Shown here: in pieces, positions 8,843 to 19,900 of the stretch
How positions within the stretch are numbered: the first letter of the stretch is position 1
How the letters are laid out: every line of letters starts with the position of its first letter
NCBI GenBank assembly: GCA_903898215.1
Contig: CAIUEQ010000288.1
Span: 1-42,297, forward strand
Direction: 5' to 3'
DNA: 42,297 nt
From: an uncultured Bacteroidota bacterium
GTDB lineage: Bacteria > Bacteroidota > Bacteroidia > UKL13-3
Program-made: the position numbers and the translations under genes
Notes under the pieces: model-generated
What the model saw: only the letters and a program-made list of their open reading frames with translations
The model's database searches: none
Told to the model about the DNA's origin: nothing

Positions 8843-9972
8843 TCTTTATTTCCAAAAACATAAGGTTGTAGTTTTATTTTTAAAGAGGCAGATATCACCT
8901 CTTCCCTATCAATGATTTTTACATCATTAAGCGAACGTCCGTATCCTTTATTCTCTAATGCTTGAACATTCCACTCTTGTTCAAAGTGATTGGTGTAACA
9001 TAACATATAAACTCCTTTTGTTAAGCCCAAATAAATTGTTCCGTTTCCTCCATGGCAAATCATAAGGTCAGCTCTTTCCAAAACATCTTCAAGATTTACA
9101 AAACTTTTAGAAATGATATGCGATGCGTTTAATATGTTAGATGAATCGCCAGCTGTTATGATTGTATATCTAGAATAACATTCGTCATTTAAAAATTTTA
9201 GTTCAGACCAATTTCCAGAACTGCCCATCGAAACAAAAATGATAGGTTTAGAAACTCCAATTTCATCTAACCAACTACTTTCCGAAATTGTTGATTTATA
9301 TATTAATGGTTCAATATTAAAATAATTATCAGGAAGCGATCTTTGTGGAAAAAGTAGGGCATCGTCACAAATAAAATTTTGATCACCTTCCATTTCTGAA
9401 AGATAATTTGAAACACCCTTGAGAGCATATTTTTTTCTAATCTTTTTAAAGGGCAGATGAACAATCTTAAAAGATATTTTTTCAGCAATTCGTGTAATCT
9501 TATCGAAGTATTTTGAAGGAACTATTTTTGATAACCTGTAAGCAAAATGAGTACGAGAAAGCTTACGGGTTAATGCATAATATTTGGTCATATACCCGTT
9601 GACAAGGGCAGTATACTCAACATTTGTAAACTCGGCAGCCATTTTTAAAGTAGGAGCTACATCACCAATAACAATATCAGGTTTTAATTTATTTATGATT
9701 TGAATTTGTGATAAAAACACTTTTTCAATATCAGTAATATTGAGCCATGAAAAATTAAATTTTGTTGAACAACGTAAAGCAAAATCAGCATCAAATTGTT
9801 CACATGAAAACGTTTGATAATTGTTTTGAAGGATATGCTTTTCATAAATTTCACTGTGCAAAAAATGCACTTCGTATTTATCATTAGGCAGAAATTTTTT
9901 GGCAAATTCTAAACATCTTAAATAATGTGAGAGGAGATGAAAAGGAAAAATTAGCACTCTAATTTTAGGCAT
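8839..9972 (-). CDS. GT-B (GT1/MGT-like) glycosyltransferase, last gene of the carotenoid operon
   Basis: N-terminal SHYLR His; PDIVIGD; IFVSMGSSG; CHGGNGT and EQEWN nucleotide-sugar motifs. ATG 9972 overlaps the cyclase stop. Confidence 0.85.
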   Translation of the reverse strand: MPKIRVLIFPFHLLSHYLRCLEFAKKFLPNDKYEVHFLHSEIYEKHILQNNYQTFSCEQFDADFALRCSTKFNFSWLNITDIEKVFLSQIQIINKLKPDIVIGDVAPTLKMAAEFTNVEYTALVNGYMTKYYALTRKLSRTHFAYRLSKIVPSKYFDKITRIAEKISFKIVHLPFKKIRKKYALKGVSNYLSEMEGDQNFICDDALLFPQRSLPDNYFNIEPLIYKSTISESSWLDEIGVSKPIIFVSMGSSGNWSELKFLNDECYSRYTIITAGDSSNILNASHIISKSFVNLEDVLERADLMICHGGNGTIYLGLTKGVYMLCYTNHFEQEWNVQALENKGYGRSLNDVKIIDREEVISASLKIKLQPYVFGNKD

Positions 9973-10654
9973 GAGCTTTACGAGAAAACAATTCAAATAA
10001 TGATACATTTAAAAGTTGTAGCAACATTCCATAAAACACATCCTCAAAAGGAATAGTAAGTATCCTAAAACGGGTAATTTCAAAATTATTGTACCATACT
10101 ACAGGTTGTTCAATTCCGGTTCCTGTTAAAATTCCATTTACGATAAGAAAAGGAATCAATAAAATCAAAAAAGTAAAATAAAAGCGATGGAGAAAGTTTA
10201 CTTTAAAGACAAAGAATAATACAACAAGAAGTGATGTAAGACTAATAAATGTAACAGTTGTATATAACCGATCATAAAATAAAATAGCAAATACTGAAAG
10301 AAATATCAGCAGAGAAAAAGTGATTTTATTTTCAATCGTTTTAAATATTACTGGATTAATAAATAAAGTAAAGCAGTGATAGGTGAATAAGCAGGAATAA
10401 GGTATGCAAATAAAAAAGAGCACTTCTTCGAGTGGCAAATTAAAAAAATATATCCCGGTAAGGTAATCAGGATTAAATCCCCATACTTTAATTTGTGTGA
10501 AGTAAATATCCCAAAGTATAAAAATAAGTGCCGTGATGAATATTGCCGGCAGTGCAAATTTCCATCTTTTATAAAATTGTATTTTGGGATGAAAAGAAAA
10601 AATTAAAGGGACAATAAAAGCTCCGAAATTGATAAATAAATATAGAAATTTCAT
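9965..10654 (-). CDS. Membrane lycopene cyclase, fused CrtYc/Yd type
   Basis: Two tandem cyclase domains with WD...WGFNP...LPLEEVLFF and NGILTG...IPFEDVFYG motifs; position in the crt operon. Confidence 0.9.
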   Translation of the reverse strand: MKFLYLFINFGAFIVPLIFSFHPKIQFYKRWKFALPAIFITALIFILWDIYFTQIKVWGFNPDYLTGIYFFNLPLEEVLFFICIPYSCLFTYHCFTLFINPVIFKTIENKITFSLLIFLSVFAILFYDRLYTTVTFISLTSLLVVLFFVFKVNFLHRFYFTFLILLIPFLIVNGILTGTGIEQPVVWYNNFEITRFRILTIPFEDVFYGMLLQLLNVSLFELFSRKAHA

Positions 10655-11112
10655 TTTGCTGAACGTTTCAAAGCTTCTTTAAAATAAAACACTGGAACCC
10701 AAAGCATGCCAAAGCATTCACCATTTTCTTTAGATAAATGTTTATGGTGCATTTTATGTGCTTTCCTGATTGCTCTCAGGTAAATAGAATCTGTATTTCT
10801 GAATAACTTAAAACGTTGATGAATAAAAATATCATGAACTAAAAAATAAGCTAAACCGTATAATGAAATTCCAATTCCGATAAAAAATGTAAAGCTAAAC
10901 TGATTGAGTAAGCCATTGATAATAAAAATAATTCCAGGTGTTGCGAATATCAAAAAGAAATAATCATTCTTCTCAAAAAAACCTTGGTCATCGCGTTGAT
11001 GATGGTCGTGGTGAAGGAACCACAAAAAACCATGCATCATGTATTTATGCGCTAACCAAGCAACACATTCCATACAAACAAAAGCTATCAAAACAAATAA
11101 AATATTGATCAT
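10651..11112 (-). CDS. crtZ: Beta-carotene hydroxylase
   Basis: His boxes HKYMMHG, LHHDHH, FEKND, VHDIFIHQR and AHKMHH. Confidence 0.93.
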   Translation of the reverse strand: MINILFVLIAFVCMECVAWLAHKYMMHGFLWFLHHDHHQRDDQGFFEKNDYFFLIFATPGIIFIINGLLNQFSFTFFIGIGISLYGLAYFLVHDIFIHQRFKLFRNTDSIYLRAIRKAHKMHHKHLSKENGECFGMLWVPVFYFKEALKRSAK

Positions 11113-11119
11113 GCTATTC

Positions 11120-11584
11120 TTATTTCTGGTTGAACATTTTCTCTAAAACCTTGTATCTGAAATCAAATATTTGTTCAATCTTTTTCTTTACAAATAGCCA
11201 GTGTGCTAATTGGCCAAAAACAGAAAATGGCAATTGATATTTTACAACATCTGTCATCAACAAACCTTTTTCAGTAATTTTAAAATGGTGAGAGTGTTCC
11301 CATATTTTATAAGGACCTTTCAATTGCTTATCGGTAAAATAATTTGGCTCATTAACCGTATCAATTAAAGTTTTCCATTTTAAAGGTATTCCGAAAATTG
11401 GTTTCACGATATAATTTATTTCCATTCCAGAGTAAACAGGTTTATCAGAAATTTCTGAGAGTATTTGAAAGCTCATCTCAGGTGGTGTGATTTTTGATAA
11501 ATTTTTAGCTGATGAAAAAAAAGACCATGCTTCTTGTTGTGAAATATTCAATACTTGTTCTCTATGCAAATAATATGTTTTCAT
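11120..11584 (-). CDS. SRPBCC/START-fold ligand-binding protein
   Basis: WSFFSSAKNLSKITPP...FTDKQLKGPYKIWEHSHHF...IFDFR; probable start ATG 11584. Confidence 0.88.
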   Translation of the reverse strand: MKTYYLHREQVLNISQQEAWSFFSSAKNLSKITPPEMSFQILSEISDKPVYSGMEINYIVKPIFGIPLKWKTLIDTVNEPNYFTDKQLKGPYKIWEHSHHFKITEKGLLMTDVVKYQLPFSVFGQLAHWLFVKKKIEQIFDFRYKVLEKMFNQK

Positions 11585-12107
11585 TTTTTTTATTTCTTTC
11601 AAAAGCCACGATGATTCTATCAAAACACAACTTCATCCATTCAGTATAATTTGCGGGATTTGATTTGATGTCCTCAGAAAGTGATGTTAAGTCCATGTAT
11701 TTCCAATCACCAACTTCTTCTTTGTTAATTGAAGGATGATGATTACTAAATCCTATAAAAACGTGATCAAATTCGTGCTCTATTAAATCATGGTCTAGTT
11801 TTGCATGATAGGTAAAGCTAAAAATAAATTTTACCTCACACTCAATTCCCATTTCTTCATTCAAACGTCTTTTTGCAGCATCAATAATTTCTTCACCAAA
11901 ACCTGGATGACTGCAGCAAGTATTTGTCCATAAACCGCCTGAATGATATTTAGTATTTGCTCTTTTTTGAAGCAACAGTTCTCCATTATCATTAAAAATG
12001 AAAACAGAAAAGGCACGATGAAGCAAGCCCTTTTGATGAGCTTCCAATTTAGGCATCAAGCCAGTTTGATGATCATTTTCGTCAACCAATATTACTTGTT
12101 CGCTCAT
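11562..12107 (-). CDS. idi: Isopentenyl-diphosphate delta-isomerase type 1
   Basis: KLEAHQKGLLHRAFSVF, WTNTCCSHP, RRLNEEMG and EHEFDHVF motifs. Confidence 0.97.
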   Translation of the reverse strand: MSEQVILVDENDHQTGLMPKLEAHQKGLLHRAFSVFIFNDNGELLLQKRANTKYHSGGLWTNTCCSHPGFGEEIIDAAKRRLNEEMGIECEVKFIFSFTYHAKLDHDLIEHEFDHVFIGFSNHHPSINKEEVGDWKYMDLTSLSEDIKSNPANYTEWMKLCFDRIIVAFERNKKNENILFA

Positions 12108-12604
12108 TTGAAATTTAATTTTTCAAGTTCATTACATTGCTTCGAATCAATCATGTATTTTGATATTCTGTTTTTCAAATCCAGATCATTTAGCCTCTTC
12201 CATTGTAAAGTTATAAATAATTTATCATTATTAATATCTCCGGAATATCCAAGAATAAGGGGAACGTTTGTTTGAACACAGAATCTCAAAAAACGAATTT
12301 CAATATTCCATGGATTTTTTTGTATTGCTTGTTCAATAATTGTTTTCCCGGCATTAAAGTTTCTTAGTTTTACAAATGGGTTGATTGAATAATTTGCTTG
12401 CATCATATACGCCATTCCTCTGTAGCCTAACAAAACAGGATCAGTATTGATATTTACAGATTCCATCAAAAGCAAAAAACTATCAGCCGAACTTTTATTA
12501 ATTGAAGCAGCATAAAAATGTTTCCGCAAATCCAAAATATCTATACTATTTGAATACGATTTGGTAGTGAATACCATCAAAAAAATAACAATCAACGTTC
12601 TCAT
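12104..12604 (-). CDS. Exported helical (TPR-like) hypothetical protein within the crt operon
   Basis: Signal peptide; NPFVKLRNF...P..IEIRFLRFCVQ..VP.ILGY; 4-bp overlaps with both crtB and idi. Confidence 0.8.
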   Translation of the reverse strand: MRTLIVIFLMVFTTKSYSNSIDILDLRKHFYAASINKSSADSFLLLMESVNINTDPVLLGYRGMAYMMQANYSINPFVKLRNFNAGKTIIEQAIQKNPWNIEIRFLRFCVQTNVPLILGYSGDINNDKLFITLQWKRLNDLDLKNRISKYMIDSKQCNELEKLNFK

Positions 12605-13437
12605 AATAAGTTCAACTGATGTCTTAAAAGTGATTGAAACATGAGACCTAATTTATTGCCATTTGAAATTCTGATTCTTGCACTCATCACTTTCTCAGCA
12701 GGAGTTTGTTTAATTCTATTGAAAAGTTTTCGGTAATAAAAATAAGCCAGATACACTCCCCTTCTACTTTCACTTGGTAAACTTTTTATTCCTAATAATG
12801 CTTCTTCAAAATCTTGATCGATTTCTAGTTGTATCTTTTCTTTATCAACCAACGAGAAACGTTTAAAATTCACTTCAGGAAAATAGGATCTTCCTAAAAC
12901 TTCATAATCAGCTTTTAAATCTCTTAAAAAATTAACTTTCTGAAAAGCTGCTCCAAGCTTCATTGCCGAAGGTTTTAATTTTTGATAAAGCATTTCATCA
13001 CCTTCTGTAAAAACTCTCAAACACATCAAACCCACTACTTCTGCTGAACCAAGAATATATTGACTGTATGAATCAGGATTATGGTTGGTTTCTAATAAAT
13101 CCATTTCCATACTTTTCAAAAAAGTATCAATAAGTTCCCATTCAATATGATAGGTATTTACTACTTGTTGAAATGCATTTAAAATCGGATTTACACTGAT
13201 TCTTTGTTCGATTGCTTCAACGGTATCTCTTCTTAATTTTTGCATCAGAGAAACTTTATCAAACTCGTGAAATGAATCCACAATTTCATCTGCTACTCTC
13301 ACAAAACCATAAATTGAATAAATCGGTGAATGAAACTTTTTATTCAAAAAATAAATACCAAGAGAAAAAGATGTACTGTATTCTCTAGTAATTAACTTAC
13401 TGCATGAAGCAGAAACGTTATCAAAAATAATTTTCAT
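12601..13437 (-). CDS. crtB: Phytoene synthase
   Basis: YSTSFSLG, YGFVRVADEIVD, GSAEVVGLMCL and FQKVNFLRD motifs. Confidence 0.96.
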   Translation of the reverse strand: MKIIFDNVSASCSKLITREYSTSFSLGIYFLNKKFHSPIYSIYGFVRVADEIVDSFHEFDKVSLMQKLRRDTVEAIEQRISVNPILNAFQQVVNTYHIEWELIDTFLKSMEMDLLETNHNPDSYSQYILGSAEVVGLMCLRVFTEGDEMLYQKLKPSAMKLGAAFQKVNFLRDLKADYEVLGRSYFPEVNFKRFSLVDKEKIQLEIDQDFEEALLGIKSLPSESRRGVYLAYFYYRKLFNRIKQTPAEKVMSARIRISNGNKLGLMFQSLLRHQLNLL

Positions 13438-13446
13438 GGGTTGGGG

Positions 13447-14934
13447 TTAATAATTTAATGTTTTTAACAATTCATTTGCGGCAACTTGTCCTGATATAAT
13501 GGAAGGTGGAACACCAGGTCCGGGAACAGTTAGCTGCCCTGCGTAAAATAAATTTTTCACTTTTTTACTTTTAAGTTTAGGCTTTAAAAAAGCAGTTTGA
13601 AAAAGTGTATTTGCAAGTCCGTATGCATTTCCTTTGTATGCGTTGTAATCGTTTATAAAATTTGAAACAGAATAACTCTTTTTAAATATTACATGATCGC
13701 TGATATTTTCTCCGGCAAATTTTTCCAAACGATCCATGATCAATTTATAATATTGATTTCTTATTTCTTCTGTGTCTGATAATCCGGTAGCAATAGGCAT
13801 CAGAATAAAAATATTTTCAGAATTTTCAGGAGCTACTGTTGGATCTGTTTTAGATGGACAGCATACATAAAACAAGGGTGCGGTTGGCCACTTTTTATTG
13901 ATATAAATTTCTTGAGCATGTTGCTCAAAATTTTCATCAAAAAATAAATTGTGGTGACTGATATTTTTTATTTTTTTATTTATTCCTAAATAAAAAATTA
14001 AGGACGAAGGAGCAAAAGTTCTGCTATCCCAATATGATTCGGAATAAGATTGATTTTTTTTAGGAAGGAGTTTAGTTTCTATATGATGATAATCGGCTGC
14101 TCCAATAACACCATCAACATTCCAACATTTGGTATTTGAATGAACATGAGTGATTGCTCCTGATTGAATTTCGAGATGGTCGATATTTTGTGAAGGAAGA
14201 AAATTTACTCCTGCTTTTTCGGCAATGGTTTTAAATGCATCAATCACTTTTCCGAAACCTCCCATAGGATAAAAAGTTCCTTGCTTTAATCCTGAAAAAT
14301 TCATCAAACTGTATAATGCCGGTGTATCCTTGGGCATGGCTCCTAAAAACAATACCGGAAATTCTATCAAAGAAATTAAACGAGGATCTTTAAAATACTT
14401 TCTGACATGTTTGCTAAACGGGGAAAATACCTGCAGACGAAAAATATCTTTCATCAGTTTAAAATTGATGAATTCGGTAATTGAATTACTGGGTTTATAA
14501 ACCAAGCCATTCATGCCAACATGATATTTGTATTCGGCATCATTGATAAACAATTTAAGTTTATCGGCAGCTCCGGGTTCGATGCTTTCAAACAATTCAC
14601 AAACCTCTTCAAAATTGGCAGGAATATCAAAGGAATCATTTTTCCCAAAAATTACTTTGAAGCCAGGATCAAGTTTTTTTAGTTCATAAAAATCGGATGT
14701 GGTGTTGCCAAATAAATTATAAAATTTTTCATATACATCAGGCATCCAATACCAGCTGGGACCCATGTCAAAAACAAAACCATTGCTTTCAAACACTCTA
14801 GCTCTTCCACCAAATTGTGCATTCTTTTCAAAAACGGTCACATCATTATTTTGACTTGCCAAAACAGCTGCTGCAGAAAGTCCCGCAAAACCAGATCCGA
14901 TTACCGCTATTGTAGATTTATGATTGTTTAACAT
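13447..14934 (-). CDS. crtI: Phytoene desaturase
   Basis: VIGSGFAGL FAD-binding motif, FDMGPSWYWMP, C-terminal GQLTVPGPGVPPSIISG. Confidence 0.95.
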   Translation of the reverse strand: MLNNHKSTIAVIGSGFAGLSAAAVLASQNNDVTVFEKNAQFGGRARVFESNGFVFDMGPSWYWMPDVYEKFYNLFGNTTSDFYELKKLDPGFKVIFGKNDSFDIPANFEEVCELFESIEPGAADKLKLFINDAEYKYHVGMNGLVYKPSNSITEFINFKLMKDIFRLQVFSPFSKHVRKYFKDPRLISLIEFPVLFLGAMPKDTPALYSLMNFSGLKQGTFYPMGGFGKVIDAFKTIAEKAGVNFLPSQNIDHLEIQSGAITHVHSNTKCWNVDGVIGAADYHHIETKLLPKKNQSYSESYWDSRTFAPSSLIFYLGINKKIKNISHHNLFFDENFEQHAQEIYINKKWPTAPLFYVCCPSKTDPTVAPENSENIFILMPIATGLSDTEEIRNQYYKLIMDRLEKFAGENISDHVIFKKSYSVSNFINDYNAYKGNAYGLANTLFQTAFLKPKLKSKKVKNLFYAGQLTVPGPGVPPSIISGQVAANELLKTLNY

Positions 14935-15837
14935 TTATTCGTGGTTGTTAAACGTTTCTGGGTGAATCAATTCTAATAATTGTAGAACTTCATTTAATAT
15001 CAATACATTTTTATGTGAGGATGTAATGCATGATTTTTTTCCGGAAATACAAATTGATAAATTTTTATAATCGGTAGAAAGTTTATTGATAAATTTTTCG
15101 GTAGAATTTTCCTCCTGGTTGGTTACAAAAAAAGTAAATAAATGGGTTGGATTATTTAATTGAATAACTTCCTTTAAATTATCATATGGAATTCGTTGTC
15201 CTAAATAAATCACTCTTCTTCCACTTTGTCTGATAAGGAAATTTGCAAAGAGTAAACCTATTTCGTGTTCCTCGTTTTCTTTTAAAAATAATATCCAGGT
15301 TTGGTCTGTTTTTGTAGGTATAGGAAGGGCATCAATAGCTGCAAATAATTTTTGTTTGATAAGGTTAGATACAAAATGCTCCTGTGCTGGAATTACAGTA
15401 CTTTTCAGCCAAAGAAAGCCCATTCTGGAAAGCATAGGGTGAATAATTTTAACGTAGGTATTTAATAACCCATAACCCCATACCACACTTGAAAATATTT
15501 TATCAAATTGTGCTTCGTCAAAATTTGAGATTGAAATGATTAGCTGATTGATGATTGATTCAATCTTTTGATCGTTTTGTTGAGATGAAATAGTGATTTT
15601 ATCTATTTCCTTACATATTTGATCTTGATTAAATTTACTGATAGCAGAAATTTTCATTCCGTGATTCATCAGTATACAAACATTCAACAGTTTTCTCAAT
15701 TGCTCATCATCATACAATCTGATATTAGTATCAGACCTTTGGGGTGTGAACATATTATAACGCTGCTCCCAAATTCTGATGGTATGAGCTTTAACGTTGC
15801 TTAATTGTTCGAGTTGTTTGATTGAGTATGATGACAT
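14935..15837 (-). CDS. MerR-family cobalamin-binding light-responsive regulator (CarH/LitR type)
   Basis: MerR HTH (HTIRIWEQRY...RLY), W-x9-EH (WLKSTVIPAQEH), E-x-H-x-x-G (EEHEIG) and YLG; first gene of the crt operon. Confidence 0.9.
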   Translation of the reverse strand: MSSYSIKQLEQLSNVKAHTIRIWEQRYNMFTPQRSDTNIRLYDDEQLRKLLNVCILMNHGMKISAISKFNQDQICKEIDKITISSQQNDQKIESIINQLIISISNFDEAQFDKIFSSVVWGYGLLNTYVKIIHPMLSRMGFLWLKSTVIPAQEHFVSNLIKQKLFAAIDALPIPTKTDQTWILFLKENEEHEIGLLFANFLIRQSGRRVIYLGQRIPYDNLKEVIQLNNPTHLFTFFVTNQEENSTEKFINKLSTDYKNLSICISGKKSCITSSHKNVLILNEVLQLLELIHPETFNNHE

Positions 15838-15839
15838 TG

Positions 15840-15875
15840 TTTTGTTTAATATTTTTCAAAGATAGTTAAACAAAA
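15840..15875. promoter_or_regulatory. Candidate operator: perfect 10-bp inverted repeat straddling the -7 box
   Basis: TTTTGTTTAA (15840-49) and TTAAACAAAA (15866-75) with a 16-bp spacer. Confidence 0.5.
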
Positions 15876-15887
15876 GTATAAAGCAAA
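15857..15887 (-). promoter_or_regulatory. Bacteroidota sigma-A promoter for the regulator-crt operon
   Basis: Minus strand TTTG (15887-15884), 19-nt spacer, TATCTTTG (15864-15857); matches the -33/-7 consensus TTTG...TAnnTTTG. Confidence 0.7.
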
Positions 15888-15969
15888 TTTATCAAAATAA
15901 TAAAAACGACAAGCCAAGCCCATCAACGATGAACGGAGAAAATAAAAATTCGGAAAGCAACAGATTAAT

Positions 15970-16848
15970 TTATACAGAAGCTGTTATTGCATCTTTTTGA
16001 ATCTTTTTGACCAAACCCTGCAACACATTTCCGGGTCCGCACTCAATAAATTCGGTTGCTCCATCAGCAACCATGCTTTGTATACTTTGAGTCCAACGAA
16101 CCGGAGCTGTAAGTTGAGCGATTAAATTATTTTTTATTTGGTTTACATCGGTAACAGCTTTTGCCGGTACATTTTGATAGATCGGACAAACAGGTGTATT
16201 AAAATTAGTTGATAAAATAGCTTGTTCCAATTCAACACTGGCAGGTTTCATTAAAGGAGAATGAAATGCACCACCAACAGGTAATACTAAAGCACGTTTA
16301 GCTCCGGCAGCTTTCATTAATTCGCAAGCTTTATTTATTCCTTCAACCGATCCCGAAATTACCAATTGTCCTACACAATTATAGTTTGCAGGAACAACAA
16401 TTTCATCTGTAATCGAGGCACAAACTTCTTCTACTTTTGCATCATCCAAACCTAAAACTGCAGCCATTGTTGATGGTTGTATTTCACAAGCTTTTTGCAT
16501 TGCCATTGCACGTTTATAAACTAAACGCAAACCATCTTCAAAGGTTAATACTTTATTGGCAACAAGAGCCGAAAACTCACCGAGAGAATGCCCTGCAACC
16601 ATATCGGGTTTAAAATCTTCCCCTAAAATAATTGCTTTAATAACAGAGTGTAAAAAAATTGCCGGCTGAGTAACGCGAGTTTGTTTTAGCTCTTCATCTG
16701 TTCCGCTAAACATGATATCTGTAATCCTGAAACCTAGTATTTGATTTGCATTTTCAAAAAGATTTTTTGCTGCAATATTATTATCGTAAAGGTCTTTGCC
16801 CATACCTATAAATTGTGATCCTTGTCCTGGAAATAAATATGCTTTCAT
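15970..16848 (-). CDS. fabD: Malonyl-CoA:ACP transacylase
   Basis: FPGQGSQ, TQPAIF, GHSLGE, GAFHSPLM and PVRW motifs. Confidence 0.98.
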   Translation of the reverse strand: MKAYLFPGQGSQFIGMGKDLYDNNIAAKNLFENANQILGFRITDIMFSGTDEELKQTRVTQPAIFLHSVIKAIILGEDFKPDMVAGHSLGEFSALVANKVLTFEDGLRLVYKRAMAMQKACEIQPSTMAAVLGLDDAKVEEVCASITDEIVVPANYNCVGQLVISGSVEGINKACELMKAAGAKRALVLPVGGAFHSPLMKPASVELEQAILSTNFNTPVCPIYQNVPAKAVTDVNQIKNNLIAQLTAPVRWTQSIQSMVADGATEFIECGPGNVLQGLVKKIQKDAITASV

Positions 16849-16974
16849 ATAATTTTATTAATATTTAATGGTAGAAGCAAATAAAATTAAGTTCGCTTAA
16901 AAGAACAAAGAATATTTTTTGCATGTCAACTCAACAAGAAATTCTAAGTTATGTTTGTTAATAGCAATTCGATT

Positions 16975-19900
16975 TTATAAATCAAATTCAATTAAAAATT
17001 CTGTTCCTTTTCCCACTTCACTTTTTACACTTATTTTCCCTCCAAGAGTTTCCACTTGAGTTTTAACCATAAACAAGCCCATGCCTTTTCCTTCAGTATG
17101 TGAATGGAACCGTTTATATAATCCGAAAATTTTATTGCTGTTTCGTACAAGATCGATTCCTAATCCGTTATCTTTAAAAGTTATGAAAAATTTATTGTCA
17201 ACTTTTTTACTGCTAATATCAATTAATGCATCCTCATTAATTCTTCGGTATTTAATACTGTTTGAAATTAGGTTATAAAACACACTATTGATATAACTTT
17301 TTAAAGTAAACATTTCATCTATCTCACTAAAATCACTTTTTATTATCACTTCATTTTCACCAATTTTTAAACCCATAAAAAACTTAATGTCATTTACCAA
17401 TTCGGTAAAACTTATTTTCTCCTTCTTCTCATTTATAACTTGTTTTAACTGTAAAATATGATTCAAATCTTGTATCACATCATCAAGTTTATTTACAGAA
17501 GTAAAAACACCATTAAGCATTTCGTCTTTTTCCGTTTGTTGAAGTTCTACGGTTTTTAAAATATCATTAAAGCCTTTGATATTTGCTACCGGTGAACGCA
17601 AGTTATGAGAAACGATATAAGTAAATTGTTCAAGATCTTTGTTTCGCTTAATTAAATCATCGGTAATATTTTTATTATGTTTTTCGGCCGCTTTTCGTTC
17701 GCTGATATCCGAATGAACACCAATTGATCCAACTACGTTTCCAGCTGAATCTAAAATTGGTGTTCCACTTATTGAAACCCAAATTAGTTCTCCATTCTTT
17801 TTTCTCAACTGAATCTCATAAGTATCAGATTTCTTTTCTAATCGGAGGTTATGTTTTTCTTTAAACAAATTTTTCTGTTCTTCGTCTACAAATATTTTGA
17901 AAGCAACTTTCCCAACTAATTCGCTTGGTGTATAACCCGTAATTTGAAACATCCTATTGTTTGCATACTGTATCACATCATCATTATCAACCGACAGCAA
18001 ACCTTCGTTCATGGTATGAATTAACAAGCGATATTTTTCTTCACTTTCAATTATTTGTTTTTCAGCAATTTTGTTTTCCTCCGAAGTTTGAATATTATTT
18101 ATTGCAAATGAGATATTTTGGGTAACTTTTTCGAGTAATTCAATTTCTTCTTTGCTTGAGAAAAAGTTTTTTTCGTTACTATAAATTACAAATACCCCAA
18201 TTACTTTTTCCCTAACTTTTATTGGAATAGATATACTTGAACGATACCCTCTTTTTAAGGCATTGTCTCTCCATGGTGCCATAGAAGGATCGTTTTCGAT
18301 ATCATCACTAACAAATGTTTTCCCTTCTCTGATAGTTTTACCGATTGGACCATTTCCACTTGAGGTATTTGCGCTTGAAACGATAAATGCATTTTTAAGA
18401 TATCCGTCTTCGTGCCCTGACCAAGCTACTGCATTAACACTATCATTTTTATCATTTATTAAACCAATCCAACTCATATAAAACTTACCATATATAATTG
18501 CTATATCACATATTTCATGATAGAGGTTTTCAATAGATTGCGCACGTAATACCAAATAATTAACCTGACTGATAAATTCGTAAAGGCGATTTATTTTCAA
18601 TAATCTTTCTTCAGTTTTTTTTAGATTGGTAATATCTGAATTGAAACCATACCAAGTTATAGTTCCGTCATCCAATTTTTCGGGAGTTGATTTCGAATAG
18701 ATCCACTGAATTTCTTTGCCCGGAATTTGAACTCTGAATTCGCATGTAAAATAAGATAAATTTTTTGCCGAATATTCAATATCGTGTATCACCCTTTCAG
18801 CATCATCCGGATGTAAAACTTTACCAATAGGCGTAAAATCATCAACAACATCTTCGGGATTACATCCAAAAAGATTTTTAATACCTGATGAAGCAATTGG
18901 AACGAAATAGGTTCCGTCAATTCTTCTTGAAAACTGAAAAATCAAATCAGGAACATTATCAGATAGTTTTCTAAACTCTAAATCTTTTTCACGAATTTTA
19001 GCTTCGGCAAGTTTACGATCAGTAATATCAATAATGATAGAGTGGATATAACTTTTACCTCCCATAATAACCGAGTTACCTAATACTTCCATATCTCTAA
19101 CACTACCATCGGCTAATTGATGTTTAACCTGTATATTATATTTATTAAGTCGGTGGGTTTCTTTTAAATCATTTCGAAGTTGTTCGTCTGTTTTATTCAC
19201 ATTTATTTGACGAATATTCATTTTCTTTAATTCCTCTCTACTCCACCCATAAAATTTTGCTGCAGCATAATTAGCATCAATAATTTTCCCGGTTTCGGGT
19301 TCTAAGATGTATTTTATGGCTGAATGATTTTCAAAAAGTTTTCGATAATCCTCTTCGCTTTGTCGCAATTCGTTTTCCAAAACTTTGCGCTCATTAATAT
19401 CTGATACCGCGAGTATTACTCCAACAATATTTTTATGTAAATTAAGCGATGGAAACAAACGAATATGGTACCAATGTGGCATTCCGGATATTCCACATAA
19501 ATTACTTTCGATTTTAAAAATATTTCCTTTTAAAGTTTCAGGTAGTTCAACTTGGAATTTATCATTTAGAAAACCAGTAACAAAATTTAAAATGTTTTTA
19601 CCGATTACTATTTCAGTTCCAAATTCTTTTTCAAGAAATTTTTGAATAATGGTATTGAAAGATTTAACCTTAAAATCTGTATCCATTAATACAAAACCTG
19701 TAAATGAATTATCGAAAACCGAACGAATATTTGCTTCCGATTTTTGAAGATTAACAGTTTGTTCCAATAAATTTTGTTGTTCTGTTATTAGTGTTTTTTC
19801 AGACACTTTTCTTTCTGAAATATCAATGAATGAACCAAACATACATTGTGGTTTCCCACTATCATCAAAAACAATGTTTGCCGAAAATTCCACATCAAAT

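Noticed and set aside
15838-15969. Cobalamin riboswitch upstream of the B12-binding regulator
   Set aside because: The region is short and AT-rich, the promoter lies about 20 nt from the start codon, and no B12-box is recognisable.
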